A stretch of 64,000 nt of DNA from assembly GCA_963817895.1 (NCBI GenBank), contig CAWFQB010000001.1, forward strand, positions 576,001-640,000. Direction: 5' to 3'. The DNA comes from an uncultured Chthonomonadaceae bacterium. GTDB taxonomy: Bacteria; Armatimonadota; Chthonomonadetes; Chthonomonadales; Chthonomonadaceae. Position 1 is the first letter of the stretch. Each line of letters starts with the position of its first letter. The notes beneath the pieces were generated by a model that saw only the letters and a program-made list of their open reading frames with translations, ran no database searches and was not told where the DNA came from. The translations under genes and the position numbers were made by a program. This document shows positions 1 to 9,191 of this stretch, piece after piece.

Positions 1-2
1 CG

Positions 3-491
3 GTTGCGTATAGAGTGAGTGACAAGACGACGTGGAGCCGGAGCGGCAAGCCCGCCTCCGCCGCAGACTTCAAAGTAGGGGATAAAGTCGTCATTGTGCC
101 GCGTTCGCTTCCGAGCGGCGCGATTATGGCGCGGGCAGTGAGCGATACGCCCCAGGCGGCGATGCAGCTCAAAGAGCGGCAGGCGACCTCGGTGCATGGA
201 GTCGTGAAAACGGTAGACGCGGCGGCTTACAAGCTGACGGTGGAAACCCCGACAAGCGATATGCGGCTGATACAGGGCAATGCGGAAACGGAAGTGGTTT
301 CAAAAAGCAAGGCACTGCCCTGGACGGCCCTGAAACCCGGCCAACATGTCGGCGCGCGGCTGCGCCACGATTACGCGGGTGACGCGGTTTGCTGGCGCAT
401 CACCATCGAAACGGGCAAAAGCGCCACGACAATCAAATTTAAAAAGCCGCCGACAGCCAAAACCGGCGTCAAAGAAACGGTAAAGCATTAA
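3..491 (+). CDS. DUF5666-like OB-fold repeat protein, 5' end outside the window
   Basis: The frame is open to the window edge. Two units resemble DUF5666 (SAADFKVGDKVVI; WTALKPGQHVGAR). Confidence 0.55.
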   Translation, partial: VAYRVSDKTTWSRSGKPASAADFKVGDKVVIVPRSLPSGAIMARAVSDTPQAAMQLKERQATSVHGVVKTVDAAAYKLTVETPTSDMRLIQGNAETEVVSKSKALPWTALKPGQHVGARLRHDYAGDAVCWRITIETGKSATTIKFKKPPTAKTGVKETVKH

Positions 492-577
492 ACCACGGGG
501 AACACGGGGGACACGGAGGCGAATACATGTTCCCCGTCTTCCCAGTGGTTCCTAATTCCTTCTGTTGAGGTATAGTT

Positions 578-1498
578 ATGGCAGGGAAGCCGCGTATTGT
601 GGTGGTGGGCAGCGCGAATATGGATTTGGCGGTACGCTGTTTGAAGATCGCCGCGCCGGGTGAAACCGTGTTGGGCGGGCAGTTTATGACGGTTCCGGGC
701 GGCAAGGGCGCCAATCAGGCGGTGGCGGCGGCGCGGTTGGGCGGTGACGTCTCGTTTGTCGGGCGTATCGGCAAAGACGCGTTCGGCGACCAACTGGCGC
801 GGGCGCTTGCCGACGACGGCATTGACACCAACTTTCTGTTGCGCGACCTGCATCAGCCGACGGGCGTGGCGCTCATCAGCGTGGACGCGCAGGGGCAGAA
901 TGCCATTACGGTTGCGTCCGGCGCGAACCATCAGGTCAGCCCCGAAGATGTCGAAGGGGCGCGGGAACGGATTGCCGAAGCCGACGTACTGGTAATTCAA
1001 CTGGAAATACCGCTGGAAACGGTGACATTCGCCGTTGAATTCGCGCGCTCGCTGAATACCCGCGTTTTGCTGAACCCGGCCCCGGCGCGGTATGATGATC
1101 CATTGCCCGCGTATCTGCTGCGCAAGATAGATGTTCTGACGCCCAACGAACATGAAGCCGCCAATCTGCTCGGATACGAAACCACAGACGGACTGGACAT
1201 GGCGGATGTGGCGCAGCAATTACATGACATTGGCGGTGGACAGGTGGTTGTCACGCTTGGCGAATACGGCTGCCTGATTGCGACAGACGCGGGAGTTCAG
1301 CGCGTCCCTGCCCAACCTGTGACTCCGGTAGACACCACAGCGGCGGGCGATTGCTTCACGGGCGGGCTGGCAGTGGCATTGGGAGAGGGCCGCTCGTTGC
1401 GGGAAGCCATAAATTTCGCCATGCGGGCGGCAGCAATCGCTGTCACGCGGGCCGGGGCGCAGCCGTCCCTGCCGAGGCGCGAGGAGTTAAGTCATTAG
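578..1498 (+). CDS. rbsK: Ribokinase (PfkB family)
   Basis: Motifs VVVGSANMD, GGKGANQAVAAARLG, NPAPA, PNEHE and DTTAAGDCF. Confidence 0.95.
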   Translation: MAGKPRIVVVGSANMDLAVRCLKIAAPGETVLGGQFMTVPGGKGANQAVAAARLGGDVSFVGRIGKDAFGDQLARALADDGIDTNFLLRDLHQPTGVALISVDAQGQNAITVASGANHQVSPEDVEGARERIAEADVLVIQLEIPLETVTFAVEFARSLNTRVLLNPAPARYDDPLPAYLLRKIDVLTPNEHEAANLLGYETTDGLDMADVAQQLHDIGGGQVVVTLGEYGCLIATDAGVQRVPAQPVTPVDTTAAGDCFTGGLAVALGEGRSLREAINFAMRAAAIAVTRAGAQPSLPRREELSH

Positions 1499-1599
1499 GT
1501 TGTTAGTTGTCAGGTTGTCAGGTTGATATGGATGAGGAAAGATTTGGTTGACTTGAGTATTGACCTAACAACCTAAAAACCTAACAACTAACAACCTAA
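1496..1599. repeat. Inverted pair of 7/8-nt tandem repeat clusters (GTTAGTT/GTCAGGTT family)
   Basis: taggttgttagttgtcaggttgtcaggttg is followed by acctaacaacctaaaaacctaacaactaacaacctaa. Confidence 0.85.
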
Positions 1600-1614
1600 T
1601 GCAGGAGATTTACA

Positions 1615-2083
1615 TTGGAGTATTTGACGACACACGATCTGGTATGGATCAATGAAGTGGTAACGGGGCGCGTACAGCCGTATAACTATGTCACGCTGGA
1701 AGCGGTGATGGCGGGACAGTATGCGTATGGCAAGAGCAGCGACGTGTTGGCGCAGGCGTCTATCCTGCTGGAACGCCTGCTGACCAAAACGCCGTTTCTG
1801 GAGGGCAACCGCCGCACAGCCTTTATCGCCACCCTGACATTCCTGAACGCCAACGGCTACGTCGCGCAGGCGGGGGACGCGCAGGCGGCGCAGATTGTCG
1901 AGGCCGTCGCCGAGGGGCGAGTTGCCGCAATACAGGCGCATGGGCGATATGGCCGCGCCCTCCAACTCCAATTTGCCGATGGGCGTAACACTGCGCAAAC
2001 TGATTACGCATGAGTGCAACCTCCACACGGAAGCCCTGCGCCTGCTCACCGCTAATGACGGCGTAGTGATTATGAAGCGGTAA
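1615..2083 (+). CDS. Doc/Fic-family protein, rejoined across a +1 frameshift at ~1939
   Basis: Doc-like N-terminus MEYLTTHDLVWIN and Fic-like motif TPFLEGNRRTA. The C-terminus continues in the 1895..2083 frame. Confidence 0.75.
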
Positions 2084-2165
2084 GTTGTTAGGTTGTTAGG
2101 TTGTTAGTTGTCAGGTTTCCTCCTGACAGCCTATTTACCTGACAACCTGACAACTAACAACCTAA
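2084..2165. repeat. Inverted pair of GTTAGTT/GTCAGGTT repeat clusters
   Basis: gttgttaggttgttaggttgttagttgtcaggtt followed by acctgacaacctgacaactaacaacctaa. Confidence 0.85.
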
Positions 2166-2239
2166 TTTTGTGGTATACTGATAATAGGCCACTTGTTGGC
2201 ATATTAAATTTTCAGTTGTTACAAAAACGCCAGGGGATT

Positions 2240-2298
2240 AAGCCTCTATCTCTCGCGCCTTTGCAATGGCGCGACTGAGATAGAGGCTTTGTGTTTTC
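2240..2298 (+). terminator. Long leader hairpin plus U-rich tail (terminator or attenuator)
   Basis: AAGCCTCTATCTC-TCGCGCC pairs with GGCGCGA-CT-GAGATAGAGGCTT, then tgtgtttt. An extended -10 (TGgTATACT) lies at 2171-2179. Confidence 0.7.
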
Positions 2299-2415
2299 AT
2301 CCTTTTTGACGCCCAATTGGGAGTGAAAACAGACAGGCGCAATCAATGGAGATGCGCAGGAAGAGTATGCCTGCGATTTGAGGGGCGGAGAGAACGCCGA
2401 AGGGGTTATCGAACA

Positions 2416-2726
2416 ATGACAGACGAAACGACAGATAAGGGAACAACCGAGGGCAAAGCGCCCGTTCCTGCCCGTACAGCAGACGCCGAATTCCCGTTAC
2501 CGTGAAGGGGCAAAAGTACGTCGCGCCCGCAGGTCGGCACAGCCAGCAGACGCATCGCCTTGCCGAAGAACGCGCCGCCGCTATGGGGAACACCACCGAA
2601 AAAGAGCAGCACGCGAGCGACCGGAATGCTGTTGTCACGGAACTGAACCGACGCGCAGACCAGAAGACACAGAACGGACAGAAGAAGCAGAGCGCGCCGC
2701 CGAAAGCGCCGACAGAACAGAGCTGA
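2416..2726 (+). CDS. Small hydrophilic hypothetical protein, frameshift at ~2495
   Basis: MTDETTDK...AEFP joins VTVKGQKYV... if one C is added to the ccc run. Confidence 0.5.
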
Positions 2727-2746
2727 GATAAGAACAGGGGCCAGCC

Positions 2747-2986
2747 ATGAAAAGACCGTTCAAAGAGGCCATCTGCACCTGCACGTCAGCGCGTTCACTG
2801 CTATACCAGAGCCTCGTCATTCACAAGCCGAAATGCCTGCTGTACGCTTCGCTCCTCGCTTACGAGAACGCGAATGTGAAGCTGTCCGAAACAGCGGAAT
2901 TTAACGCGCCGACGCCGACAATTCTGGAAAATAAAGCGGCGGGACGAAGCCGCCTGACGCCCTCCGAGTCGCCCCTGCTGGCGTAA
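2747..2986 (+). CDS. Small hypothetical protein
   Basis: ATG after an AGGGG RBS, directly downstream of the previous ORF. No recognisable motif. Confidence 0.45.
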   Translation: MKRPFKEAICTCTSARSLLYQSLVIHKPKCLLYASLLAYENANVKLSETAEFNAPTPTILENKAAGRSRLTPSESPLLA

Positions 2987-3069
2987 TTTTGTTTGCAGGG
3001 CTTGCCGTCAGGACAATTTATTCTGACGGTAAAGGCCACGCGAACATTTTGCGCTAAAACAGGAAACTT

Positions 3070-3603
3070 TTACCAGCCGTGAACTCGCGGCGGTTTTTCC
3101 GGCGCGTTCAACGCTTCCATCAGGGCAGCCGTGACAACGCCGAAGGTGAGATGCGCCACAAGCCCTCGAATATGGGCCTCCACCGGATATTGGCTGTTGT
3201 CGCCTGCCAGTCCCATCGCCGGGGCTATTCCCTCGTCCTCGACCGCCCAGAACAGCGCGCCGAACAGCAGGCCGCCCGTCAGCCATTTCAGATTCCAGGT
3301 ACGGGCAGCCAGCGCGTACACGGCTCCCATTGTCGCGCTCAATCCCGTCGCCACCGCCTGCTCGAAAACCTTCTCCTGATGTGGCGTCATTTTCTGCCCG
3401 GTTTTGGCCTGTAGCTGTTGGGCCAGCACAATGAACGGGTCGCGCAGTTCAATGGCGTTTTCCCGGTCAATGTCTTTCGGGCTTGCCAGATCGTACAGTA
3501 TCTGCGACATGCCGAGCAACGCCGCCCCGCCAATCATTCCCACTGCCGCCCCAATCAGCACATCCCGCGATAAACTTCCCATGCTGTGATTCTCCTGTTC
3601 CAT
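3070..3603 (-). CDS. DUF1440-like membrane protein
   Basis: Hydrophobic helices and the motif GLLFGALFWAVEDEGIAPAMGL...H...LVAHLTFG. Confidence 0.7.
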   Translation of the reverse strand: MEQENHSMGSLSRDVLIGAAVGMIGGAALLGMSQILYDLASPKDIDRENAIELRDPFIVLAQQLQAKTGQKMTPHQEKVFEQAVATGLSATMGAVYALAARTWNLKWLTGGLLFGALFWAVEDEGIAPAMGLAGDNSQYPVEAHIRGLVAHLTFGVVTAALMEALNAPEKPPRVHGW

Positions 3604-3825
3604 CGAATTGCTGCTCGCTTGAATCCGAAGCGAGCATTGTCGATTCAATGCTGTAACTCTTTCGTAGGTTAGCGCCCGTCCTCAATAGGCGAAATCCTCT
3701 GCTCCGATGTTCCCCGCGTTTTCAGCGAAAAGCGCGAAAACGACACGCGAACCACAGGTACAATGAAACCCTACAAACACTATGAAAGCCATAAGGACAC
3801 TACGCGGAAAGGAAAATCTGCCAGC

Positions 3826-4287
3826 ATGACGGAATCATCGCTGCCTTGCTTTACCTGCCTGTCGAACACAGGCGAACGCCGCATTTCCCCCGGTCAAACC
3901 ATTTATGAGGGGCAGCATTGGCTTGTGGAACACGCTTATCCCTGTGGGCTTATCGGCTGGCTTGTGATCGTATTGCGGCGTCATGCCGAAGCCCTGCACG
4001 AACTGACGCCTGCGGAATGGGAAGAACTGGGTAGTGTGCAGCAGCGTACCGTGACGCTGCTGCATCGCGCCTTGAACTGCGAAAAAGAGTATGTCATGGG
4101 GATTGCCGAAGTTCCCGGCTTCCGGCACATCCACTTTCACGTTGTCGCCAAGCCCCATGACCTGCCTTCCGAACTGGTCGGAACGCGCATCTTTGCTATG
4201 CTCAAAGTAAGCGCGGAAGAAGCCATTCCGCCGGAACAAATCGCCGCCTTTTGCGAACGGATGTGCCGTTTGTTCGACGTTGTGTAA
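3826..4287 (+). CDS. HIT-family nucleotide hydrolase
   Basis: N-terminal CxxC (CFTC) and histidine triad HIHFH. Confidence 0.85.
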   Translation: MTESSLPCFTCLSNTGERRISPGQTIYEGQHWLVEHAYPCGLIGWLVIVLRRHAEALHELTPAEWEELGSVQQRTVTLLHRALNCEKEYVMGIAEVPGFRHIHFHVVAKPHDLPSELVGTRIFAMLKVSAEEAIPPEQIAAFCERMCRLFDVV

Positions 4288-4345
4288 TCCGGCATCTGAT
4301 TCTCCTTGTCTCCCCCTCTTTCCCCGCATGGTACAATAAACTACT

Positions 4346-6196
4346 ATGCCCACGCAATCCGTCGAAGAAAAACTCGCCACGCTTCCGACCAAACCCGGCT
4401 GTTACCTGCACAAAGACAAGACCGGAACCATCATCTATGTCGGCAAAGCCATCAACCTGCGTAACCGCGTCCGCTCGTACTTCCAGAAGTCGGCCAACCA
4501 CTCGCCCAAAGTGCGCCGACTGGTTTCGCACATCGCCGATCTGGAGTACATCGTCTGTGAAACGGAACTGGAAGCGCTTGTCCTCGAATGTAACCTCATC
4601 AAGAAGTACCAGCCGCATTACAATGTCCGGCTGCGCGACGACAAGCAGTATCCCTACCTGTGTCTTACCATGTCGGAGCCGTTTCCGCGCCTGATTGTCG
4701 TGCGGCGCGTTCGGCAGGACAGCAACAAGTATTTCGGGCCGTACACCAATAGCCGCAGCGTGTACGCTACCATGGAACTCGTCAACCGGACTTTTCCCCT
4801 GATCTCGTGCGGCAAAAGTTTCGACGGGCGACCGGTGCAAAAGCCGTGCCTGTATCACCACATGGGGCAATGCCTCGCGCCGTGCGCCGGACTTGCGGAC
4901 AAGGAAGAGTACCGCGCCGCCTGCAAGGACGTTTCCGACTTTCTGGACGGGCGCGAAGAGCGTATCATCAAGGATATGCGCCAACAGATGGAGGAAGCCT
5001 CGGAAAATCTGGAATTCGAGCGGGCCGCCCGTTTGCGGGATCGCTTGCAGGCCGTCGAGGATACCCTGAAACGCCAGCGCGTGATGACGACGGAAACCAT
5101 AGATCAGGACGTTATCGCGGTCGTGGAGGACAATACGGGGCTGAACGGCGCGTGCGTGCAGATGTTCTTTATCCGGGGCGGCAAACTCATCGGGCAGAAC
5201 CATTTTCTGGTCGAGGGTACGGAAGAGGGCAGTCAGGACGACGTTGTTCAGGAGTTCGTGAAGCAGTATTACCAGAACGCCAATTATATTCCGCAGGAGA
5301 TTCTGCTGCCGCATGAGATCGAGGAGAGCCAGATTATTCAGTCGTGGCTGCGGCAGAAAAAGGGCAAAAAGGTCGAGGTGCATGTGCCGGTAAGGGGCGA
5401 CAAGAAGAAACTCATAGACATGGCGACGGAAAACGCCAGTCACGCGCTTGTGCAGATCAAGGCGGAAATGCGGGCTAAAATGGGCAACGCGGAAGTGGCT
5501 CTGAAGGAATTGGGGGAAGCCCTCGGACTGCCGGAACCGCCCATGCGAATCGAGTGTTACGACATTTCCAACACGCAGGGAGCCAATCAGGTCGCGTCCA
5601 TGGTGGTGTGCGAAAAGGGGCAGATGAACAAGACCGAATATCGGCGGTTCAAAATCCAGCGCGAGGACGACAAGCCCAACGACTTTGCCAGCATGGAGGA
5701 GGTACTGCGCCGCCGCCTGAAAGAATCGCAGAAACTCAACAATCCCAAATTCAACAAATTGCCCGACCTGATTATCGTGGACGGCGGGCGCGGGCAGGTG
5801 TCGTCCGCGCTTACAGCCATGACGGAAACGGGCGTCTCGCTTCCCCTGTGCGGGCTTGCCAAGCAGTTCGAGCATCTGTTTCTGCCCAACGAACCCGACC
5901 CGGTCATTCTGCCGCGCAACTCGCAGGCGATGTTTCTCATCCAGCGCATCCGCGACGAGGCGCACCGTTTCGCCAACACCTTCAACGCGCAATTGCGGGG
6001 CAAAGCGCAAACCCATTCCTTGCTCGACGAGGTTCCCGGCATCGGCCCCAAACGCCGCAAGCAGCTTCAACTGCATTTCGGCAGCGTTGCCAAAATGAAG
6101 CAGGCCACCCAATCCGAACTCGCCGAAGCCCCCGGCATGAACGCCTCTTTAGCAGAAGTTCTCTTCGACTACCTGCACGATGCTACGAAAACCTGA
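4346..6196 (+). CDS. uvrC: Excinuclease ABC subunit C
   Basis: GIY-YIG (PGCY..YVGKA), Cys cluster, UVR domain (LEFERAARLRD), RNaseH-like ECYDIS/DGGRGQ, RDEAHRFA and HhH. An extended -10 lies 8 nt before the ATG, so it is probably leaderless. Confidence 0.98.
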   Translation: MPTQSVEEKLATLPTKPGCYLHKDKTGTIIYVGKAINLRNRVRSYFQKSANHSPKVRRLVSHIADLEYIVCETELEALVLECNLIKKYQPHYNVRLRDDKQYPYLCLTMSEPFPRLIVVRRVRQDSNKYFGPYTNSRSVYATMELVNRTFPLISCGKSFDGRPVQKPCLYHHMGQCLAPCAGLADKEEYRAACKDVSDFLDGREERIIKDMRQQMEEASENLEFERAARLRDRLQAVEDTLKRQRVMTTETIDQDVIAVVEDNTGLNGACVQMFFIRGGKLIGQNHFLVEGTEEGSQDDVVQEFVKQYYQNANYIPQEILLPHEIEESQIIQSWLRQKKGKKVEVHVPVRGDKKKLIDMATENASHALVQIKAEMRAKMGNAEVALKELGEALGLPEPPMRIECYDISNTQGANQVASMVVCEKGQMNKTEYRRFKIQREDDKPNDFASMEEVLRRRLKESQKLNNPKFNKLPDLIIVDGGRGQVSSALTAMTETGVSLPLCGLAKQFEHLFLPNEPDPVILPRNSQAMFLIQRIRDEAHRFANTFNAQLRGKAQTHSLLDEVPGIGPKRRKQLQLHFGSVAKMKQATQSELAEAPGMNASLAEVLFDYLHDATKT

Positions 6197-6216
6197 TCTA
6201 AAAAGATTATGAGGCG

Positions 6217-6459
6217 TCAGCAACGTCCCATCGTTTGCTGTCCAATTCGCAGGCCATAGAGGTTGTAGGGAGAATATTTCGACGTGGCGCGTTTCATCAG
6301 CGCAATCTCATCCTCGTCAATCAGGTACTCGCCTGTTTCAATGTCAATCACGAGATATTTGCCGATGTTCTCAGGCTCAACACGGGCGCGAATTTGCTGC
6401 TCATAGAGCGTTTTGGCCCGCGCTGCAACTTCTTCTTTGGTATACTGGACTTGTGCCAT
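6217..6459 (-). CDS. Small hypothetical protein (DUF5678-like)
   Basis: Good RBS (AAGGAGG) and the motif GKYLVIDIETGEYLID typical of this small family. Confidence 0.7.
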   Translation of the reverse strand: MAQVQYTKEEVAARAKTLYEQQIRARVEPENIGKYLVIDIETGEYLIDEDEIALMKRATSKYSPYNLYGLRIGQQTMGRC

Positions 6460-6780
6460 TTTTACGCCTCCTTGTTGGGTATTATAGCATAGTAGGACGC
6501 AGGGACACGCTACATTCGTTTACGATGAAACGCAAACGGTTTCACCTGAACCTATGCCCGATGCTGTCATTGCAATTGCCGATTTGCTGCCGTGCCTGCG
6601 CGCTGAAGACACTGGCAGCGAGAATTAATCAGGAGCAAGAGAAATGGCGCGCCTGCTGAAATAGGAAGGAACGTGGGAGGAACCGGCAATGCGCAGCGCC
6701 GGAATTTCGAGACAGAAAACCGGATATGACACATTCAAAGATGCCCTGTGGAATTCGCCATAAGAGGGGAAACAGGAGAA

Positions 6781-7863
6781 TTAAGAGGCCGTTTGCCCCC
6801 GGCGACTTTGCCGACGAGCGTTGATCTGGTACACGAAGGCGAGGACTTCCGCGACCGCTTCGTACAAATCGCCGGGGATTTCGCGGCCCAACGCGCCGTG
6901 CTTATAAAGGGCGCGGGCGAGGGGCGGATTTTCTACAATGGGGACGTCGTTCTCGCGGGCCAGTTCGCGGATTCGCAGCGCGATTAAATCCTGCCCTTTC
7001 GCCACCACAATCGGCGCGGTCATGCTGTTTCCATCGTATTTCAGCGCGACCGCGAAGTGCGTGGGGTTCGTTACGATTACATCCGCTTTGGGAACCTCGG
7101 CCATCATCCGCTTTTTAGCGATCTGCCGCTGCCGCGCCCGGATACGGGCCTTGATTTGCGGGTTGCCGTCCTGATTCTTATGCTCCTGCCGCACCTCTTC
7201 CTTGCTCATTTTCAGCGATTTTTCGTGCGACCACTTCTGATACGCGAAATCCAGCGCGGCGAGAACCAGCATCGTCATAACGCAGCGCAGTGCCAGTTGG
7301 TACGCCATTTCCGCCGCCATGCCCACGCCCGCCATCAGGTCCATGCGCGACGCCATCAGCAATTGCGGAAAGTTGTTGCGAATGGCGTTCCAGCAGATGC
7401 CGCCGACAAGCCCGATTTTTGCGAACGATTTCGCCAGATCAACGAGGGAGCGGGGGGAAAGGAAACGCTTGAACCCGGTCAGGGGATTCAGCTTGTTGAA
7501 GTTCCATTTCAGCGCTTCGGGCGACCACAGCGGCCCGGTCTGCGCGATATTGAGGATTACGCCCAGCAGCATCGCCGTCAGGAACAGGGGCAGCATCGCC
7601 TGCGCGACGGTCATAAAAAAGCGGCTGCCAAGCTGAATCACGGTAGCGGGCGTCAGCGTTGCCTCGTTCAGATGCAGAAACGTGCTTTGAAAATACGCCT
7701 GCATCAGCCCGCCCGCCCGCCCCAACCCGCCATGCAGCACCAGCAAAACGCCGAGCATCACGCCCATCGAGGAGATTTCCATGGACTTCGCCACCTGACC
7801 CCGACTTCGCGCTTCGCCGCGTCGTTTGGGCGTCGCCGCCTCGGTTTTGTCTTCGCCGCTCAT
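6781..7863 (-). CDS. flhB: Flagellar export protein FlhB
   Basis: KTEAATPKR start, NPTH autocleavage site and ENPPLARAL. Confidence 0.97.
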   Translation of the reverse strand: MSGEDKTEAATPKRRGEARSRGQVAKSMEISSMGVMLGVLLVLHGGLGRAGGLMQAYFQSTFLHLNEATLTPATVIQLGSRFFMTVAQAMLPLFLTAMLLGVILNIAQTGPLWSPEALKWNFNKLNPLTGFKRFLSPRSLVDLAKSFAKIGLVGGICWNAIRNNFPQLLMASRMDLMAGVGMAAEMAYQLALRCVMTMLVLAALDFAYQKWSHEKSLKMSKEEVRQEHKNQDGNPQIKARIRARQRQIAKKRMMAEVPKADVIVTNPTHFAVALKYDGNSMTAPIVVAKGQDLIALRIRELARENDVPIVENPPLARALYKHGALGREIPGDLYEAVAEVLAFVYQINARRQSRRGQTAS

Positions 7864-7875
7864 GTCACGCTCCCG

Positions 7876-7952
7876 GGAAGTAGGTTGTAGGGAGTGGGGA
7901 GTAGGAAAAATCCTGTACCTACTACCTACTCCCTACAACCTACTCCCTACTT
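7876..7952. repeat. Inverted GGGAGTA/GGTTGTA heptamer clusters between fliR and flhB
   Basis: gtaggttgtagggagtggggagtagg followed by cctactacctactccctacaacctactccctac, overlapping the fliR stop. Confidence 0.85.
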
Positions 7953-8715
7953 TGCCGCCGTTATCAGCGCGTTCAGCCCCGTTTCCGTGCCGGCGATGAT
8001 GTGGCCGACTACGCTGGCGGTGAGGGGAACCAGCATAGCGACCGTCATCAGCCCTAAAATGATTTTGGCGGGGAGGCCGACGATGAAAACATTGATCTGC
8101 GGAACCATGCGCGCAATCAGTCCCAATGCCACATCCACCATCAGCAGCACGGCGGTTGCGGGCAGGGCCATTTGCAGGCCGAGCAAAAACATCAGTTTCA
8201 GCATCGGCCCCATTGCCAGCCCGAACGAGCCGCGCATGGCTATCGCGCCGGGTGGCACGGCAAGACAACTCCGGTACAGCGCGGCCAGCAGCGCGTGATG
8301 CCCGTCCGCCAGCAGAAAAACCGTGACGGCGAGTTGATACTGAAACGCGCTCAACAGCGACGCCTGCTGTTCGGAAAACGGGTTGATAAGGTTGATAAAC
8401 CCGAAGCCGATTTGGGTGTCAATGAAATACCCGGCCATCTCCACGCACGAAAACAGCACCCGCGCCAGATAGCCGAGCGACATGCCGAACAGCGCGTCCT
8501 TGATAACGCCGCCCGCCAGTACCAGCAGGCTGTCGGGGATCGGGCCGGTATGCGGCGCAACAAGAGGAACCAGCGCGAGGGAGAATATCAGGATGAAGCC
8601 GGCCTTCACCTGCCGGGGAATGGCATGGTTCCCGAAACAGCGGCGCGGCGGTCATTAAACCGCCCACGCGCGCGAAAACCAGCAGAAAAGTGTAGAAGTC
8701 GTGAATAGGGTACAT
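7947..8715 (-). CDS. fliR: Flagellar export protein FliR, frameshift at ~8635
   Basis: FARVGGLMTAAPLF start, AGYFIDTQIGF, DVALGLIARMVPQINVF; synteny between fliQ and flhB. Confidence 0.93.
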
Positions 8716-8717
8716 AA

Positions 8718-8807
8718 GGGAGTAGGTTGTAGGGAGTAGGTTGTAGAGAAGCGGATATGTGGAACATGTAGCCCCGACTCCCCACTCCCTACAACCTACT
8801 CCCTACT
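8718..8807. repeat. Inverted GGGAGTA/GGTTGTA heptamer clusters between fliQ and fliR
   Basis: gggagtaggttgtagggagtaggttgtag followed by ctccccactccctacaacctactccctac. Confidence 0.85.
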
Positions 8808-9072
8808 TGACAACCGGCGTCATGTGCGTGTACGTGTGCTGCATGAACTGTATCATGGTGGTGAGCATCCAGGGGCCGAAGATGGCGAGCGCGGCAACAA
8901 TGGCGAGCAATTTCGGCACGAACGTCAGCGTAAATTCCTGTATCTGCGTGACGGCCTGAAAAATGCTGACCATGACGCCCGCCACAAGCCCGAACAGCAG
9001 CACGGGCATGGACAACTTCATACAGACAATCAGCACATTGCGTCCGGCGTCCAATACGGCGTGATCGGTCAT
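8803..9072 (-). CDS. fliQ: Flagellar export protein FliQ
   Basis: SIFQAVTQIQEFTLTFVPK motif. Confidence 0.96.
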   Translation of the reverse strand: MTDHAVLDAGRNVLIVCMKLSMPVLLFGLVAGVMVSIFQAVTQIQEFTLTFVPKLLAIVAALAIFGPWMLTTMIQFMQHTYTHMTPVVK

Positions 9073-9082
9073 GGGAACTCCA

Positions 9083-9151
9083 GTGAGAGTGAAAGGTGAG
9101 AGTGGAGAGTGAGAGTAAAGATGCGTGTCCTCTCACTCTCCACTCTCACTC
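9083..9151. repeat. Inverted GAGAGT repeat clusters
   Basis: gtgagagtgaaaggtgagagtggagagtgagag followed by ctctcactctccactctcactc. Confidence 0.75.
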
Positions 9152-9191
9152 TTACTGCTTCTCTTATTATGGGCAAATCGAGCCGGGGACT

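Noticed and set aside
4202..6112. 636-aa antisense ORF over uvrC, and similar long shadow ORFs elsewhere
   Set aside because: Expected from codon bias in GC-rich genes; no motifs.
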